Part shown: piece after piece, positions 11,437 through 23,048 of the stretch
Layout: every line of letters begins with the position of its first letter
Position numbering within the stretch: position 1 is the first letter of the stretch
Assembly (NCBI GenBank): GCA_963796965.1
Contig: CAWCNS010000004.1
Location: 32,001 to 96,000 of the forward strand
Direction: 5' to 3'
DNA from: Calditrichia bacterium
GTDB taxonomy: Bacteria > Calditrichota > Calditrichia > JAJRVZ01
DNA: 64,000 bases
Program-made: the position numbers and the translations under genes
Notes under the pieces: model-generated
The model's database searches: none
The model's input: only the letters and a program-made list of their open reading frames with translations
What the model was told of the DNA's origin: nothing

Positions 11437-13263
11437 GTGATAATGAAGCTCCCCTCCGTTCAACAGATCTTGCAAGATGCTACCCACACAATCCAGCGCT
11501 TTCCTTTTGTTCTTCTCAATGCAGTGCTTGGAACGATCACGGCTGTCATATTAATTGATTACGAAGGTCCGGATCAGCCTACAGTTCTTTTCAAGATATT
11601 GCTGGCTACCATACTCGGGATTCCGCTTTTGACGGGTTTTGCTCTTTTCTCTGAGAAGAAAAAATGGGGCAAGGGAAGGGCCATTGCTCTTCAGATTTTC
11701 GGCCTATTGCTTCTGGTAGGATACGGTTGCTCGGTTCCGTCTGATCTGGTGGATGCACCGGCTATCCATATCCTACGTCTGTTAATGATTGCCGTGGCAT
11801 TACATCTATTTGTCTCATTTGCACCATTTTCCGGATCTGGTGAGATCAATGGATTCTGGCATTACAACAAAATACTGCTCCTACGTCTGATTATTACGGC
11901 CGTTTATACGGTGGTGCTCTACGCGGGTTTGGCTCTTGCCCTGGCGGCCCTCGATAACCTGTTCGGGATGGATGTACCCGGAAAGCGTTATGCGGAACTG
12001 TGGATTATTATCCTCGGATTGTTCACAACCTGGGCCTTTCTGGCCGGGATTCCGGAGGACCTGTCGCCGTTGGAAGGATCAACCGATTATCCGAAGGGGA
12101 TTAAAATTTTTGCCCAGTATATACTTTTTCCCCTGGTATTAATTTATCTGGTCATATTATATGCATACATGGCAAAAATCCTAATAGCCTGGGATTGGCC
12201 GCAGGGCTGGGTGAGCAGGCTCATCCTTGGATTCGCCACCACCGGTATATTTTCGCTCCTTCTACTTTATCCAATCCGCGAACGGGCAGAGAATATCTGG
12301 ATTAAAAAGGCATCACGTTGGTTATATGTGTTGATGATTCCATTAGTGATCATGCTTCTGCTTGCCCTGTGGAGAAGGATTTCAGAATACGGAATAACCG
12401 AAAGCCGTTATATCGCTATAATCCTTGGATTCTGGTTGGGGAGCATCGTTGTATATTTTATTCTGAGTCGTAAGAAAAGTATAAAAACCATCCCTATCTC
12501 CTTGTGTGTACTGGCCCTGATCATCTCATTTGGTCCATGGAGTGCCTTCAGCGTATCCGAAAAAAGCCAGGTTGATCGACTACAGGATTTTTTAACAAAA
12601 AATAACATCCTGGTGGACAGCCGGGTTCAAAAAGCACCGGCAACTGTCCCGCAGGATGATATCCTGCAGATTAGTTCAATCATCGCCTACTTACATGATA
12701 TCCATGGTTATGATCGGATTCAGCCCTGGTTTCGGGAAAGTTTAAAAGAAGATTCTCTCGGAGCACGGTTTAAATTTATAGAACCAGCCGAGGTAACCGA
12801 AATGATGGGTATTGAATATGTCAAGGTCCGGTACACGGCTGCGGGAGATAATATTTTTTTTAGATCAAACCAGGCAGGTTTAATAGAAATTCAGGGGTAT
12901 GACCGGATGATTCGTGGACAATACGTATCAATATTGATCAAGATAATAAGGATTTCTCCGATCAGGAATTTCGTTATCGGGTAAATTCAAAATTAGATTC
13001 AATTACTTTTATCGTTACCCCCAAGGAATCCGTTCCCGATTCACTGCATATTGATTTGCAGCCCCTGTTTAATCAAATTCTGGCCGACTATGGTAACGTC
13101 AATGTCACCAATATCCCACCCGAAAAAATGATGATAAGGGCAGAAAACCAGAATCTGAGAGATTAAAATTTATTTCCGGTTTATTAATTTACGCAAGGAA
13201 GAAGACCGGGTAAAACCGATAGCCTATAATGCAGATATTCTATATAAAATAGTAGGGCAATAA
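11437..13263 (+). CDS. DUF4153-like multi-pass membrane protein; 3' frameshifts (~12930, ~13160)
   Basis: About 11 TM segments; ILFPLVLIYLVILYAY, RISEYGITESRY, FGPWSAFSVSEKSQ motifs. Confidence 0.75.
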
Positions 13264-13268
13264 AGATT

Positions 13269-13409
13269 TTAAATTTTATGAAAGAGAGTACTTTTTATCC
13301 GTCTTCGCCTGCCTGCCTCCTCAGGTGGGGGGCAAGCTGCACTCAGGTCAGATATCTTGCGACGTGAGTCGATCGGTACTTCAAGCCCATCGCTCTCAGT
13401 CTTGGCCAT
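13269..13409 (-). CDS. Possible 46-aa small protein (MAKTESDGLEV...)
   Basis: GGAG RBS 8 nt upstream of ATG directly after the antiporter stop; overlaps a GC-rich repeat, so it may be spurious. Confidence 0.2.
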   Translation of the reverse strand: MAKTESDGLEVPIDSRRKISDLSAACPPPEEAGRRRRIKSTLFHKI

Positions 13410-13439
13410 ATGTTCATCTCCAATTTTATTGATTTTGAT

Positions 13440-15217
13440 TTAAGTATATTGATAGATCAGCCGCATACCTACAGCTGGTTTTGGATTCTGTTCATCGGTA
13501 TAAATTGTCAGATTATTTTGCATATCAATTAATATCAGTGGTATCATTTTTTCGTCACTGACTATTTGAAGATCCTCATCCGTATTAATTTCCAGAAATT
13601 TTATTTCAGCAGGGCCATTCATAAATTCAGATATTTTTTCGAACGTCATATCTTCTCCAAATAAACGACGTCCACGCAGGTGTCTGGAAACAGATTGATC
13701 TTCCCCCAATTTCATTTTTTTATAGGGCAGTTGATATACTTCAGATCGACCAAAGATATCTTCAAAATGTAGAGCGGCCAGGGCATTGACTTCATCATTT
13801 GCCGTTATCGCAAATAATTTTCCGATACCCTGCAAATTGAGTTCATTGATGATATCTTCTGATAATATATTCGCTGTAATCGCTTCAAGATTTTTAATAC
13901 GGGCCACAATTACGTTTTCGGGATTGGAATCAACCAGCAGAACACGAAATCCCATTTTATTTATGGCAAGGCCCAATTGTATGGACCAGGGGTGAGCACC
14001 CACGATGATCACCCCCTGAGGATTAGGTTCTGATAGTTTTAATAAACGGGATAAGGGAACAGCACTCAAACCATAAAGGGTAACGGTAGCGATAATGACG
14101 ATAAATGTTAAGGGGATTAACCGCTCTGCATCGGTGTATCCATTGGCCGATAGTTCGATGGCAAAAATAGATGAGACGGCAGCTGCTACAATACCCCTTG
14201 GTGCAAGCCAGGATAAAAATAATTTTTCCCGAAAATTAAGATTTTGGCCGATGGTCGAGATATAGACAGATAAGGGTCTGGCAATGATGATGAGAATACC
14301 CAGAAAGAGGATCGTATTCCAATTCAGATGAGCCAAATCATCGATTTTGAGTCGGGCAGCAAGAATAATAAATAAGGTTGAAATCAGAATTACCCGTAGA
14401 TTTTCCTTGAACTCGATGATGTGCTTAATGGATACCTTTTTTTGATTGACCAGAAAAATACCTAAAATCGTGACCGTAACAAGGCCGGATTCATGCTGTA
14501 TCAAATTAGATATAATGAAAGTTGTAATAACGATCATGATGGCAGCGGAATTATGCAAAAAATCCGGAATCCAAAATCTTTTCAGGAAAAATATAATCAA
14601 TTGGGCACCGATCCAGCCCATTCCCACACCAACGACCAGGGTTATCAGTAATCCTGTTATCGATGACGGCCGTAAACTGCTCAAACCCACCACTGATAAT
14701 TTCCTCAAAAACCAACACTGCAATGATGGCACCCACCGGATCAATAATAATTCCTTCCCATTTGGCAATACTGTAAAGATTTCCCTTTCGGCCGGACTTG
14801 CCGTAAAAGGGGTAATATGACTGTCGGCCCGGTAACGATCATTATAGCCCCGAAAAGAAGGGCTAATCTAAATTCCAGATCGAGTAAATAATAGGCGGCA
14901 GCGGTAGCGACAATCCATGTAATCAGGGCGCCAATGGTTATCAGATTACGGATGATCTTGCCGACACTTCGGAATTCGTCAAAACGTAAACTCAATCCAC
15001 CCTCAAATAATATGATTGCTACGGAAATTGATACAAAAGGAAAAAGAAGATTGCCAAAAAGACGCTCCGTATCTACCAACCCGCTTACCGGTCCGGCTAT
15101 GATACCTAGAATAAGCAATAAAAGAATGGAGGGCAGATGAAGCCGCCAGGCCAGCCACTGGGCAACGATCCCGAATAAGATGATGATCCCAAGTCCGATT
15201 AAAATTTGTTCTGACAC
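13440..15217 (-). CDS. CPA1/NhaP-type cation:proton antiporter with C-terminal TrkA-N/RCK domain; frameshift(s) ~14650-14790
   Basis: AIILFEGGL, VTGPTV, ESGLVTVT, APRGIVAAAVSS; IIVGA Rossmann-like domain. Confidence 0.9.
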
Positions 15218-15585
15218 TATTTCCTCATCTAAAATTAATATCTGAATGGTTTATATGTTATGAAGATCTGCAAGTCAATAATTTTCAGAATAAAAAACCC
15301 TAACCAGGCATGGTCCTGATAGTTCAAAAATCGGATACTCCCTCTATGTCCGGCGAATTTAGTTTATTTCTTATTATGGTTCGGGATGAAACCGGTCATT
15401 CAGAGGAAACGGAACGGATTTTAAAAGATTGGCCGATCTAAAAAGCATTTTGATACTCTGATAGTTAGTACCGGTATGGTTTATCGATTTCCGCTGATCT
15501 GTGCAAGAAAACGGCGGAAATCTTATTTTGTTCGCGACCAGAAAGGACTCACGATATTTCACAACGGTGAAGGTACCCTAAATTT

Positions 15586-15952
15586 TCATTGTAGGACTGC
15601 GACGATTAAAGTTAAAACGAGCATAGTGAAGGCAGGTAAAGATTTTTTTAGAGAATCTTTAACTTTGATATGCATTACAATCGCTCCAAGCATTAACAGA
15701 GCGATGCCAATTGCCGCGGGTTTGGTTAAAAGCGGAAACCATAAACCGGCGATCAACATGATAGCCAGGACGATTTTCAGGAAGCCGACCAATACCATGA
15801 ACCATCCGGGAAGACCATAGATCTCAAATTCTTCTTTCATATTCCTCGCTTTGCCCCCTCGCCAAACGGTCGGTTTCCCATATCGCAGGATCCATACATT
15901 AAGGATACCCAGCGCTATAACAAGCTGAATAATATATGGTAATTGTTGTCAT
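15586..15952 (-). CDS. DoxX-like family membrane protein; 5' frameshift
   Basis: LGILNVWILRYGKPTVWRGG..NMKEEFEIYGLP...MLGAIVMHIKVKD; upstream ATG at 15952 with GGAG RBS. Confidence 0.8.
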
Positions 15953-16121
15953 TTTATTTTCTCCATAATTGATTTAAGGTTAAATGAGTGAGTGTTTTAG
16001 ACAAAAATATTGTTTTACGATTTCATCCAATCCAAATTATCTTCCTCAGAAATAAAATTGGTTTCAGTATTTGATGAAATTATAAATTTTATCTTACTTT
16101 CCAAAACTAAAATAACCTGCC

Positions 16122-18387
16122 CTAAATTTCATTATAGTAATTTTCCAGATCAAACTCTGCTGCTCCTATTGTAACAATTCCCAGATAGCCATCAACGGTT
16201 ACAAGGTCACCCTTTTCTAAAACATTGGTAACATCGGCAACACCATTTACGCAAGGTATACCCATTTCGCGGGCAATAATTGCACCATGAATCAGCATAC
16301 CACCCCGTCGTTCGACAATCGCTCCGGCCAATGGAACCAAATGGGTCATGTTTGGCTGGATAGCATCACAAATCAGAATTTCACCGGCTTTAAATTCTCC
16401 TAAATCACTGGAAGTTTGGATAATACGTACTTGACCGGAGATGAGACCTGGCGAAGCAGGTTGTCCGATAAGTTGGCGCGGTTTACTATGCCTATTCTTC
16501 TTTATTTGGTTAGATTGCTTTGGTTTTTCGGCGGGAAGTGTAACTTTTCCGCTCTTTGGATTTCTAAGAGCAGTAATTACCATATCTGCCGATTTCTCAT
16601 TTGCTACTTTATTTCCCTCTAATCGTCCGGCTGATTCAAGTCGTCCAGTCCCCTCCGTAAGTGCTCTCATAAATTGACTTTCAATTCGGCCCAGCAGCAG
16701 GTTATCATCATCCCTCAAACGCCAGCTCAATCTACCAAGCGTGAGAACTTCCTTAGCCTCGTCATGTCTATTTTTTCCAACCGCTTTATACAACTTCTTT
16801 TCAAAATGGGTAATTTGTTTTCGATCCTCATCTCTGAATTTTGAAGGATCAAGGGATGTCGCCATTTCTAAAATCGTTTTCAAGATCTCCGCCGGTTTTT
16901 TATTGATCCTTTCTTTGCCATACGTGACATCCATGTATTTATCCAAAAGTACTTGAAATTCCTCGAGAAATTTTTTTCCAGTGGGATGTTGAAGGATGGT
17001 TTCCTCCACCATCCGCCATTGATCGATATTTTTTTTCGATTTGGTCATCCGGCTTTTAATATTTTCCAGCAAGCCAGGCTGCCCCTGAAGGTATTCCGCT
17101 AATACCATCATTTGCTGATTACGCAAGGTAGATATCATGGCCTGACCTTTAAGGAGCCCAACAAATTCAAAGGGATCTTTCGGGTGAACAGCATCATTAT
17201 AATAGGTGGCCAAATGACGTACGCCATGGGCAAATGGGATGAATTCATCCCAGTAAACACCTTTCCATTTTTCAACGGCGCGCCGACGGGATTCTATACA
17301 ATCCGCCAGTTGCTGATCATTAAAGGTCGATACATCCTCGTTGGCGAGTTCGTCTCCCTCCGACTCCAGATTTGGAATTAACTCTTCAACAACCCTTTTT
17401 GCCAATGACTTTTAATCGCGCCTCACCAGGTCGCAAGGTTAAATAATAAGCTTTATCATCTTCAGGTTTGTCTTCAGATGCGGTTATCGGACGTGCCTGT
17501 AACAACCTAAATCGTTCTTCTCTGCCCGTCCACTCCATATCAGGATGCCACCCAAATATAGATTCGATCCCCTGTAGTGTTTTGTAGATATATTTCAAAT
17601 CATCGGACTTCAGGAGTGGTTTTTCCGACTTTTGATTTTCGTCTTGGCTGTTTTTCATTGAGATGACGTCACCGGATGATCGCTTTAATATCCACCGGGA
17701 GGGATCGAGCACGCCATCTACCAGGTCACGGCAAAGCCCTGGAACCGCTTCGATGATCAATCGATCTGCTTTAGGTTCTCTCGGATCAATGCCAAATGCA
17801 ACACCGGAGACTTCCTCTTCAATCAATTCCTGAACCAAAACGGCCATAGAACTGTTTAAGGGATCAAGTCCTAATTCATGCTGGTAAAGCAGCGCCCCAT
17901 CTGACCACAAAGAGGCCCAAACCAGGCGTACCGCATCCAATAATCCCCTCTCTCCTTTTATTCCAATATATGATTCGTGTAATCCCGCGAACGAGGCCTT
18001 GGCAGAATCCTCTTTTGGTGCCGATGAACGAACAACCAGGGTTTTTTGATTGCCCAGATCCCGAAAGGTACGGAGTATCTGATCTCTAATCTCTTCAGGA
18101 ATTTCAGCACGTTGGAATGCAGAGCGAATTCGAAGTGCAGCATCCCAGATCTCTTCCCAGCGCATCGAATCAAAAGGTTTTCGACCAAGTTCAAATTTTA
18201 TCATGGTATCGAGAGAATTTGACTTTATGAAGCATTGGTAGGCGACTGTCGTAATACAGAACCCATCTGGAACACGAAAACCGGCCTCAGCAAGTTTTCC
18301 CAGTTTAAATGCTTTGCCACCAATAAAGTTTTCATCGCTTTCTGAAACTTTTGAGAGCGGGATGATAATTGGAGTCAGGGAATCCAT
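16122..18387 (-). CDS. PEP-synthase/rifampin-phosphotransferase-like enzyme (ATP-grasp, helical middle, phospho-His swivel); frameshift ~17400
   Basis: IGGKA..L, VPDGF, VRSSA..ED...SFAG, LLQARPIT; C-term GGMLIHGAIIAREMGIPCV...VDGYLG. Confidence 0.85.
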
Positions 18388-18893
18388 TGTGAAACCTCTT
18401 GAAAACGGATCACATGAAAATATCTAACGACATCGATTCGAAAAAGTGCTGTTGATGCCGAATCCAGAAAAGTTGACAGATAAGCGTGCCGGGCTCGAAG
18501 CAGTCTGATTCCTAACTCATAATCTGCTCCTTTTTGAAGTCGCACTGCTTTGCCGGTTATCGTTAGAGCCTCTACCTCTGTCATATCCTCCAGATGTTGG
18601 CAGCGGCTATCGATAACCAGGGACACGTTCTGGCATTCTTGAAGTAATTTATACTTTCGGGTTGCGATTTGCGTTTTGAAAAAGAAATGTTTCAAATCTT
18701 CGGTAAAAGCACAGGCAATTAGTGAGCCATAGGGCTGGTGTTCTCCCTGGGTGCAGAGAATACAAAATGCTTGCTCATTTACCAGTCGCCGAATGTGTTC
18801 AGCCAAATCAGAATTTTGTTTATCTCTCGTTTTGGTCTGATTGAATTCAGCATCAAATAAAGGTTCGTCATTCGGATTCATTTGTTTTCCCAT
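18375..18893 (-). CDS. Pyridoxamine 5'-phosphate oxidase-like flavin-binding split-barrel protein
   Basis: LCT...QPYGSL, TRKY..L...NVSLVID, ALTITGKA; overlaps the start of the downstream gene. Confidence 0.8.
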   Translation of the reverse strand: MGKQMNPNDEPLFDAEFNQTKTRDKQNSDLAEHIRRLVNEQAFCILCTQGEHQPYGSLIACAFTEDLKHFFFKTQIATRKYKLLQECQNVSLVIDSRCQHLEDMTEVEALTITGKAVRLQKGADYELGIRLLRARHAYLSTFLDSASTALFRIDVVRYFHVIRFQEVSQWIP

Positions 18894-18925
18894 TTATTTT
18901 TTCTTTTGTAATACGTCAGATCCTG

Positions 18926-19045
18926 ACCGCCACTGGATGCCATACCCACAACAGTGATATCTTCTATTTCTGCTAACATCGAGGCCATACCTTACCGGAG
19001 CAGACGATTATCTTCTGCAAGACAGATGTGAATAGTTGTATTCAT
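18926..19045 (-). pseudogene. Truncated NarL-type response regulator receiver fragment
   Basis: Translates MNTTIHICLAEDNRLLR*GMASMLAEIEDITVVGMASSG with an in-frame TAA at 18992-18994; similarity ends after ~40 codons. Confidence 0.7.
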
Positions 19046-19373
19046 ACAGGGTCACCATAAATTAAAGATATTCTAAGTAAACATTCATTTTCACAACCGA
19101 CCTGACACGCGCTGTGAGACGATTACAAGCGCTTATAAAATAATTGGTTAATTATAACAAAAATATCACAATTTTAGTGGCGAAGCAAAAAACGAGATTA
19201 TAAAATGTGGATAAAACACGGTACTAACTGAAATATACAAAGTGAAATCTGCATAGAATCAGTGACATATATTGTCACCCATTTGACAGATTTTCATATA
19301 ATCAATTTTGTAATTTCTAAATCCTAATTACAAAATCCCAAACAAGTCCCAAGATCCAAATTCCAAACAAATC

Positions 19374-19520
19374 TCAATTCAGTTTCAATTGATCAAGAAT
19401 AAAGAAATATTCCATTGCGGTTCTCTTGTATCTGGCAAACAGATGGTCCGGACCGGTATATTTCTGCGCAACCAGGTATTCTGCACAATCAATAAAATCA
19501 CTAAATGTATTCTTCTTTAT
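19374..19520 (-). pseudogene. Internally deleted remnant of an oligopeptidase B paralog
   Basis: IKKNTFSDFIDCAEYLVAQKYTGPDHLFARYKRTAMEYFFILDQLKLN* matches two separate parts of ptrB (about 3199-3288 and 2746-2811). Confidence 0.9.
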
Positions 19521-19525
19521 TCAAA

Positions 19526-19962
19526 TTAATTGATATCGCTTTCGCCATACTTCTCATTCCACCCGACAATCGCTGCCGGTAATGTATGGGCCAGAAGGAG
19601 CAACGCGCTGGCTAGTAAAATATCAATCCGGTGATATCCAATAAGAGCAAAAGTAAATATGATAATAAGACATGTTATCGTAAAAATGCTATATGAAGAT
19701 TTTAACCCATTTAAAACAGTGAATATTTCTCTTTCATCAAGGTTCTTAGACGACGTATGAACCATTTTCCAGAATTTTGTTTTGATAAATACTCTAAAAA
19801 ATGAAATTAAGAGAATTACAATAAATCCAATCTCAAAAATAACCGTGACAATTGGCCAGTGTAAATATTTACCGGCGTAATAAAATACTAATACAGCAAT
19901 CAGGCTAAAATAATGAAGCAAAATCCAGAATCTGTTTTGATCTCTAAAATTTTTTTTTTCAT
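19526..19962 (-). CDS. Small 4-TM membrane protein co-transcribed with XRE regulator; 5' frameshift
   Basis: Hydrophobic segments and LDERE motif; ATG at 19962 after GGAGG, with a poly-A run at the frameshift. Confidence 0.65.
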
Positions 19963-19963
19963 T

Positions 19964-20230
19964 TTACAGTCCTCCCTTAAACTTGTTTTTCAGTTCTAAT
20001 ATCTCTTCACTAAGCGGTTTTAATGGTTCTGGCGAAAAAATCAATTCAATTGGCATACCAAAATATTCACTTATTTTAAATGCCAAATCTAAACTGGGAT
20101 TAAAATCCTCTCTTTCCAGATAACCAACTGTTTGAAAATTCACGCCGATTTCTTCTGCCAATTTTTGTCTTGAAAGATTCCGTTCTTTCCTCAAGACGGC
20201 AATTCGGTTATACAATTTTCTCGATTCCAT
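19964..20230 (-). CDS. XRE-family HTH transcriptional regulator
   Basis: NRIAVLRKERNLSRQKLAEEIGVNFQTVGYLER..FNPSLDLAFKISEYF. Confidence 0.93.
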   Translation of the reverse strand: MESRKLYNRIAVLRKERNLSRQKLAEEIGVNFQTVGYLEREDFNPSLDLAFKISEYFGMPIELIFSPEPLKPLSEEILELKNKFKGGL

Positions 20231-20258
20231 ATGTTCTCCATTATTTCATGCGTTGCAA

Positions 20259-20290
20259 ATATAGTACTATATGTTATATATATACAACAT
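20259..20290. promoter_or_regulatory. Palindromes upstream of XRE gene (candidate autoregulatory operator)
   Basis: atatagtactatat and atgttatata-tatacaacat, 30-60 bp upstream of the start codon. Confidence 0.35.
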
Positions 20291-20916
20291 AATATTGTAA
20301 AAGTTTCATTTTTTTTATTTTTTTTGTTATTCATTAATAATGTATCAACGTTATAATTCACCCTGGAATTAACTAAACACGCATATTTTATAGCTAGGAT
20401 GGATTGTAAAAAGGGAGTATTTTTTAAAGAACGTGACCAAAACGAATGAGAGGGGTATATTCATTGTATCAGGAATATGTTGATTACAACTTATTAAGCA
20501 CTAAAATTGATATGGGTATTTCGGATTTGGTGAAGAGGTATCAAAAATTAGCTAAGACGGCAAAACAAAATTAAATGTTCAACCTAAAAAAATTATTCTG
20601 AAGAATCGATAACAACAGTAGTATTAAAATGTAGTGTACTATTTTGCACACGTAATCAAACTAATATATAAATGATAGTAAAAAATATTTCGCCTTAATT
20701 ATATATTTTTATTGGATATAATAGAGCCTGTAAAAAACAGGCACAATTTTTGTATCTATAGATTTCGAGAATAGTATAAGTTTAAGGGTGCTTATTCTAA
20801 AACCATTCTGCAAGTTATTCTTTACGCTATAGAGTGATTATCAGCACATAAATTTTAAAGGTAGAACCTATTTTATATTTTAAAAAAAAAAGAAAAAGGA
20901 AAAAGGAGAATCTATA

Positions 20917-21693
20917 ATGAGAACAGTAATAATGGGATTGTCGTTACTAATAATAATTCTAATTGGTTGTGAGACAAATTCAACCGGGATTGAATCAGAA
21001 CAAAAGGGTACGCTCACGATATATTTAACAGACGCTACTGCTGATTATGACTCGGTGAATATTACTTTTTCAGAAGTGAGTGCACATATTGATTCAGATT
21101 GGGTGGTTGTTCAGGGAGATCCTGTCACGGTTGATCTACTTAAGTGGTCAAATGGTAAGTCAATGGTTCTTGGGTCTGCCGATGTTCCAGCTGGAAAATA
21201 TACTCAAATTCGAATCAAAATTGATGATGCTGAGATAGGGGTTAACGATCAAGTATATCCATTGGAAGTACCTAGTGGCGCACAGACTGGTTTAAAACTT
21301 GGGCCACAATTTACCATTAATGCTGGATCATCATATAAACTCATAATAGATTTTGATGCATGCAGGTCAATAGTTACAACTGGATCGAAAAAAGACCCTA
21401 AAGGTTATAAACTAAAACCAAGATTACGGGTTATTGCTATGGCTATTACCGGTTCAATATTTGGAAATGTTTCTAATCCTGATAGTCTGCCAATTGCCTA
21501 TGCCATTCAGGAAAACGATACGATCACCTCAAGCATTGTAAATCCGGATAATGGATATTTTAAACTTTCATTCTTACCTGAGGGATTGTATAAGGTATCA
21601 GTTGTGGATACAAGTGATAATTCCTTTAATCAGGATGATGTAAGGGTAAATATAGGTGTGAGTAATAATTTAGGTATTATTACACTTGAGTAA
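20917..21693 (+). CDS. DUF4382-family lipoprotein with C-terminal carboxypeptidase-regulatory-like domain
   Basis: Lipobox LIGC; LTDA, VPAGKYTQIR, VPSGAQTGLKL, IDFDACRSIV, YKLKP. Confidence 0.85.
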   Translation: MRTVIMGLSLLIIILIGCETNSTGIESEQKGTLTIYLTDATADYDSVNITFSEVSAHIDSDWVVVQGDPVTVDLLKWSNGKSMVLGSADVPAGKYTQIRIKIDDAEIGVNDQVYPLEVPSGAQTGLKLGPQFTINAGSSYKLIIDFDACRSIVTTGSKKDPKGYKLKPRLRVIAMAITGSIFGNVSNPDSLPIAYAIQENDTITSSIVNPDNGYFKLSFLPEGLYKVSVVDTSDNSFNQDDVRVNIGVSNNLGIITLE

Positions 21694-21980
21694 ATACTAT
21701 ATTCTAAAGTCTACCCCTATTTGCCTGAGGGCATTAAATTATGAGGTAGCCTTTTTGCGATTTATAGTAATTATAACCACTAATTGAGCAATTAAGGGCA
21801 ATACCAGTCTTTGCTGACTTATGTGGTTTGTGATGATTGACGGGCAGATTGAGAATAATGAAAAGACCGAATCCAATAGACTTCGGTCTTGTTTAAAATA
21901 CAAATATTTTTGCAACGCTTCCCAGCTACATTACCCTATTTTTTTGACAAAAATAAATTATCCAGAATTAACCATTTTTA

Positions 21981-22538
21981 TCAGTTTATCCGAAATATAC
22001 CAGGAGCAGTTGCAGGTGCTAAGACTGGTTCCTCAGGGGTTCCTAAATTTTGCCAGGTTATAACGCCGCTCATGTGTACATTGCGACCAAACCACATTTC
22101 AAATGGTTCAATTGCTACGTCTATTTCACCGTTCATCCGATACTTAGTGGGTTCGGGGGGTTTATTTGCCAGGGTAGTAACGCCTTCATCTGGCCCTCCC
22201 AAGTAAACAATATCTCCATCGTAGATTTCGAAGTATTCCACGAAAGGACTTGCTTGTGAATACTCTTTGAAAGGGCTAAGGTGGAAGAATCTTATACCAT
22301 ATTCACCATATCCTTCAAAAGTTATTGTACCTACCCATACGGGCTCTTCGGGCCATGCACCAAAGGTAAAATCTAACTCCATTGTGCCTATAAGGTTTGG
22401 TGCTGGTTTTTTTGCCAAAAAATCGGGGGCTTCATCACTTTGGCTTACTTCAGGAGCTAAAGCATTTTCGTCCTGGCAGCCAAAGAAGATCATAATAGTT
22501 CCAATGATCAAAACCATAAGACTAAAATTTTTCATCAT
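21981..22538 (-). CDS. Hypothetical lipoprotein
   Basis: Signal peptide with FFGC lipobox; 185-aa ORF. Confidence 0.7.
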   Translation of the reverse strand: MMKNFSLMVLIIGTIMIFFGCQDENALAPEVSQSDEAPDFLAKKPAPNLIGTMELDFTFGAWPEEPVWVGTITFEGYGEYGIRFFHLSPFKEYSQASPFVEYFEIYDGDIVYLGGPDEGVTTLANKPPEPTKYRMNGEIDVAIEPFEMWFGRNVHMSGVITWQNLGTPEEPVLAPATAPGIFRIN

Positions 22539-23048
22539 ATTTTCCTTCCAAAATTAATGCATGATATATACAATTGGTATGAATTTCTATACAATCACTG
22601 GAAAGATGACTATTCATGAAATAATAAGGGGGACTTTTATTGTGTGAATAATATTCCAATTTTCGGAACATGTATATCACCCAAAGAGGATAAAAGTAAA
22701 CAATTATGAAAATGTGAATGTGTCTTTAAATTAAAATCCACATAAGTCTAATAATGGGCCCGGTTGTAAAATTTTTTAATGCTCTTACCGCAAATCAGGT
22801 TGTATGAGGCGTTCAGTATAAATGAGGATCAGAAATACTATATGTGAAAGAATAGTAGGAGAGGGTATGGCAGAAATATACGAAATGGATATGGGAATAC
22901 AAGGAAAATATTAGGAATTACTAATTACCAAATACTAATTCCTAATTTTGAATCCAACACAATCTAAAGTCCATTTTTCCAATAATTCATTTTCAAATTT
23001 CCCCGAGTATTTCTAAATTAGAATCTGAATTTTTCCGGGATACCACAA

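Noticed and set aside
16122..18387. ppsA or rph gene assignment
   Set aside because: It lacks the PpsA C-terminal barrel, and rifamycin specificity cannot be read from the sequence.
19374..19520. Diversity-generating retroelement template repeat for ptrB
   Set aside because: Differences are not adenine-specific, many are synonymous, and no reverse transcriptase is nearby.
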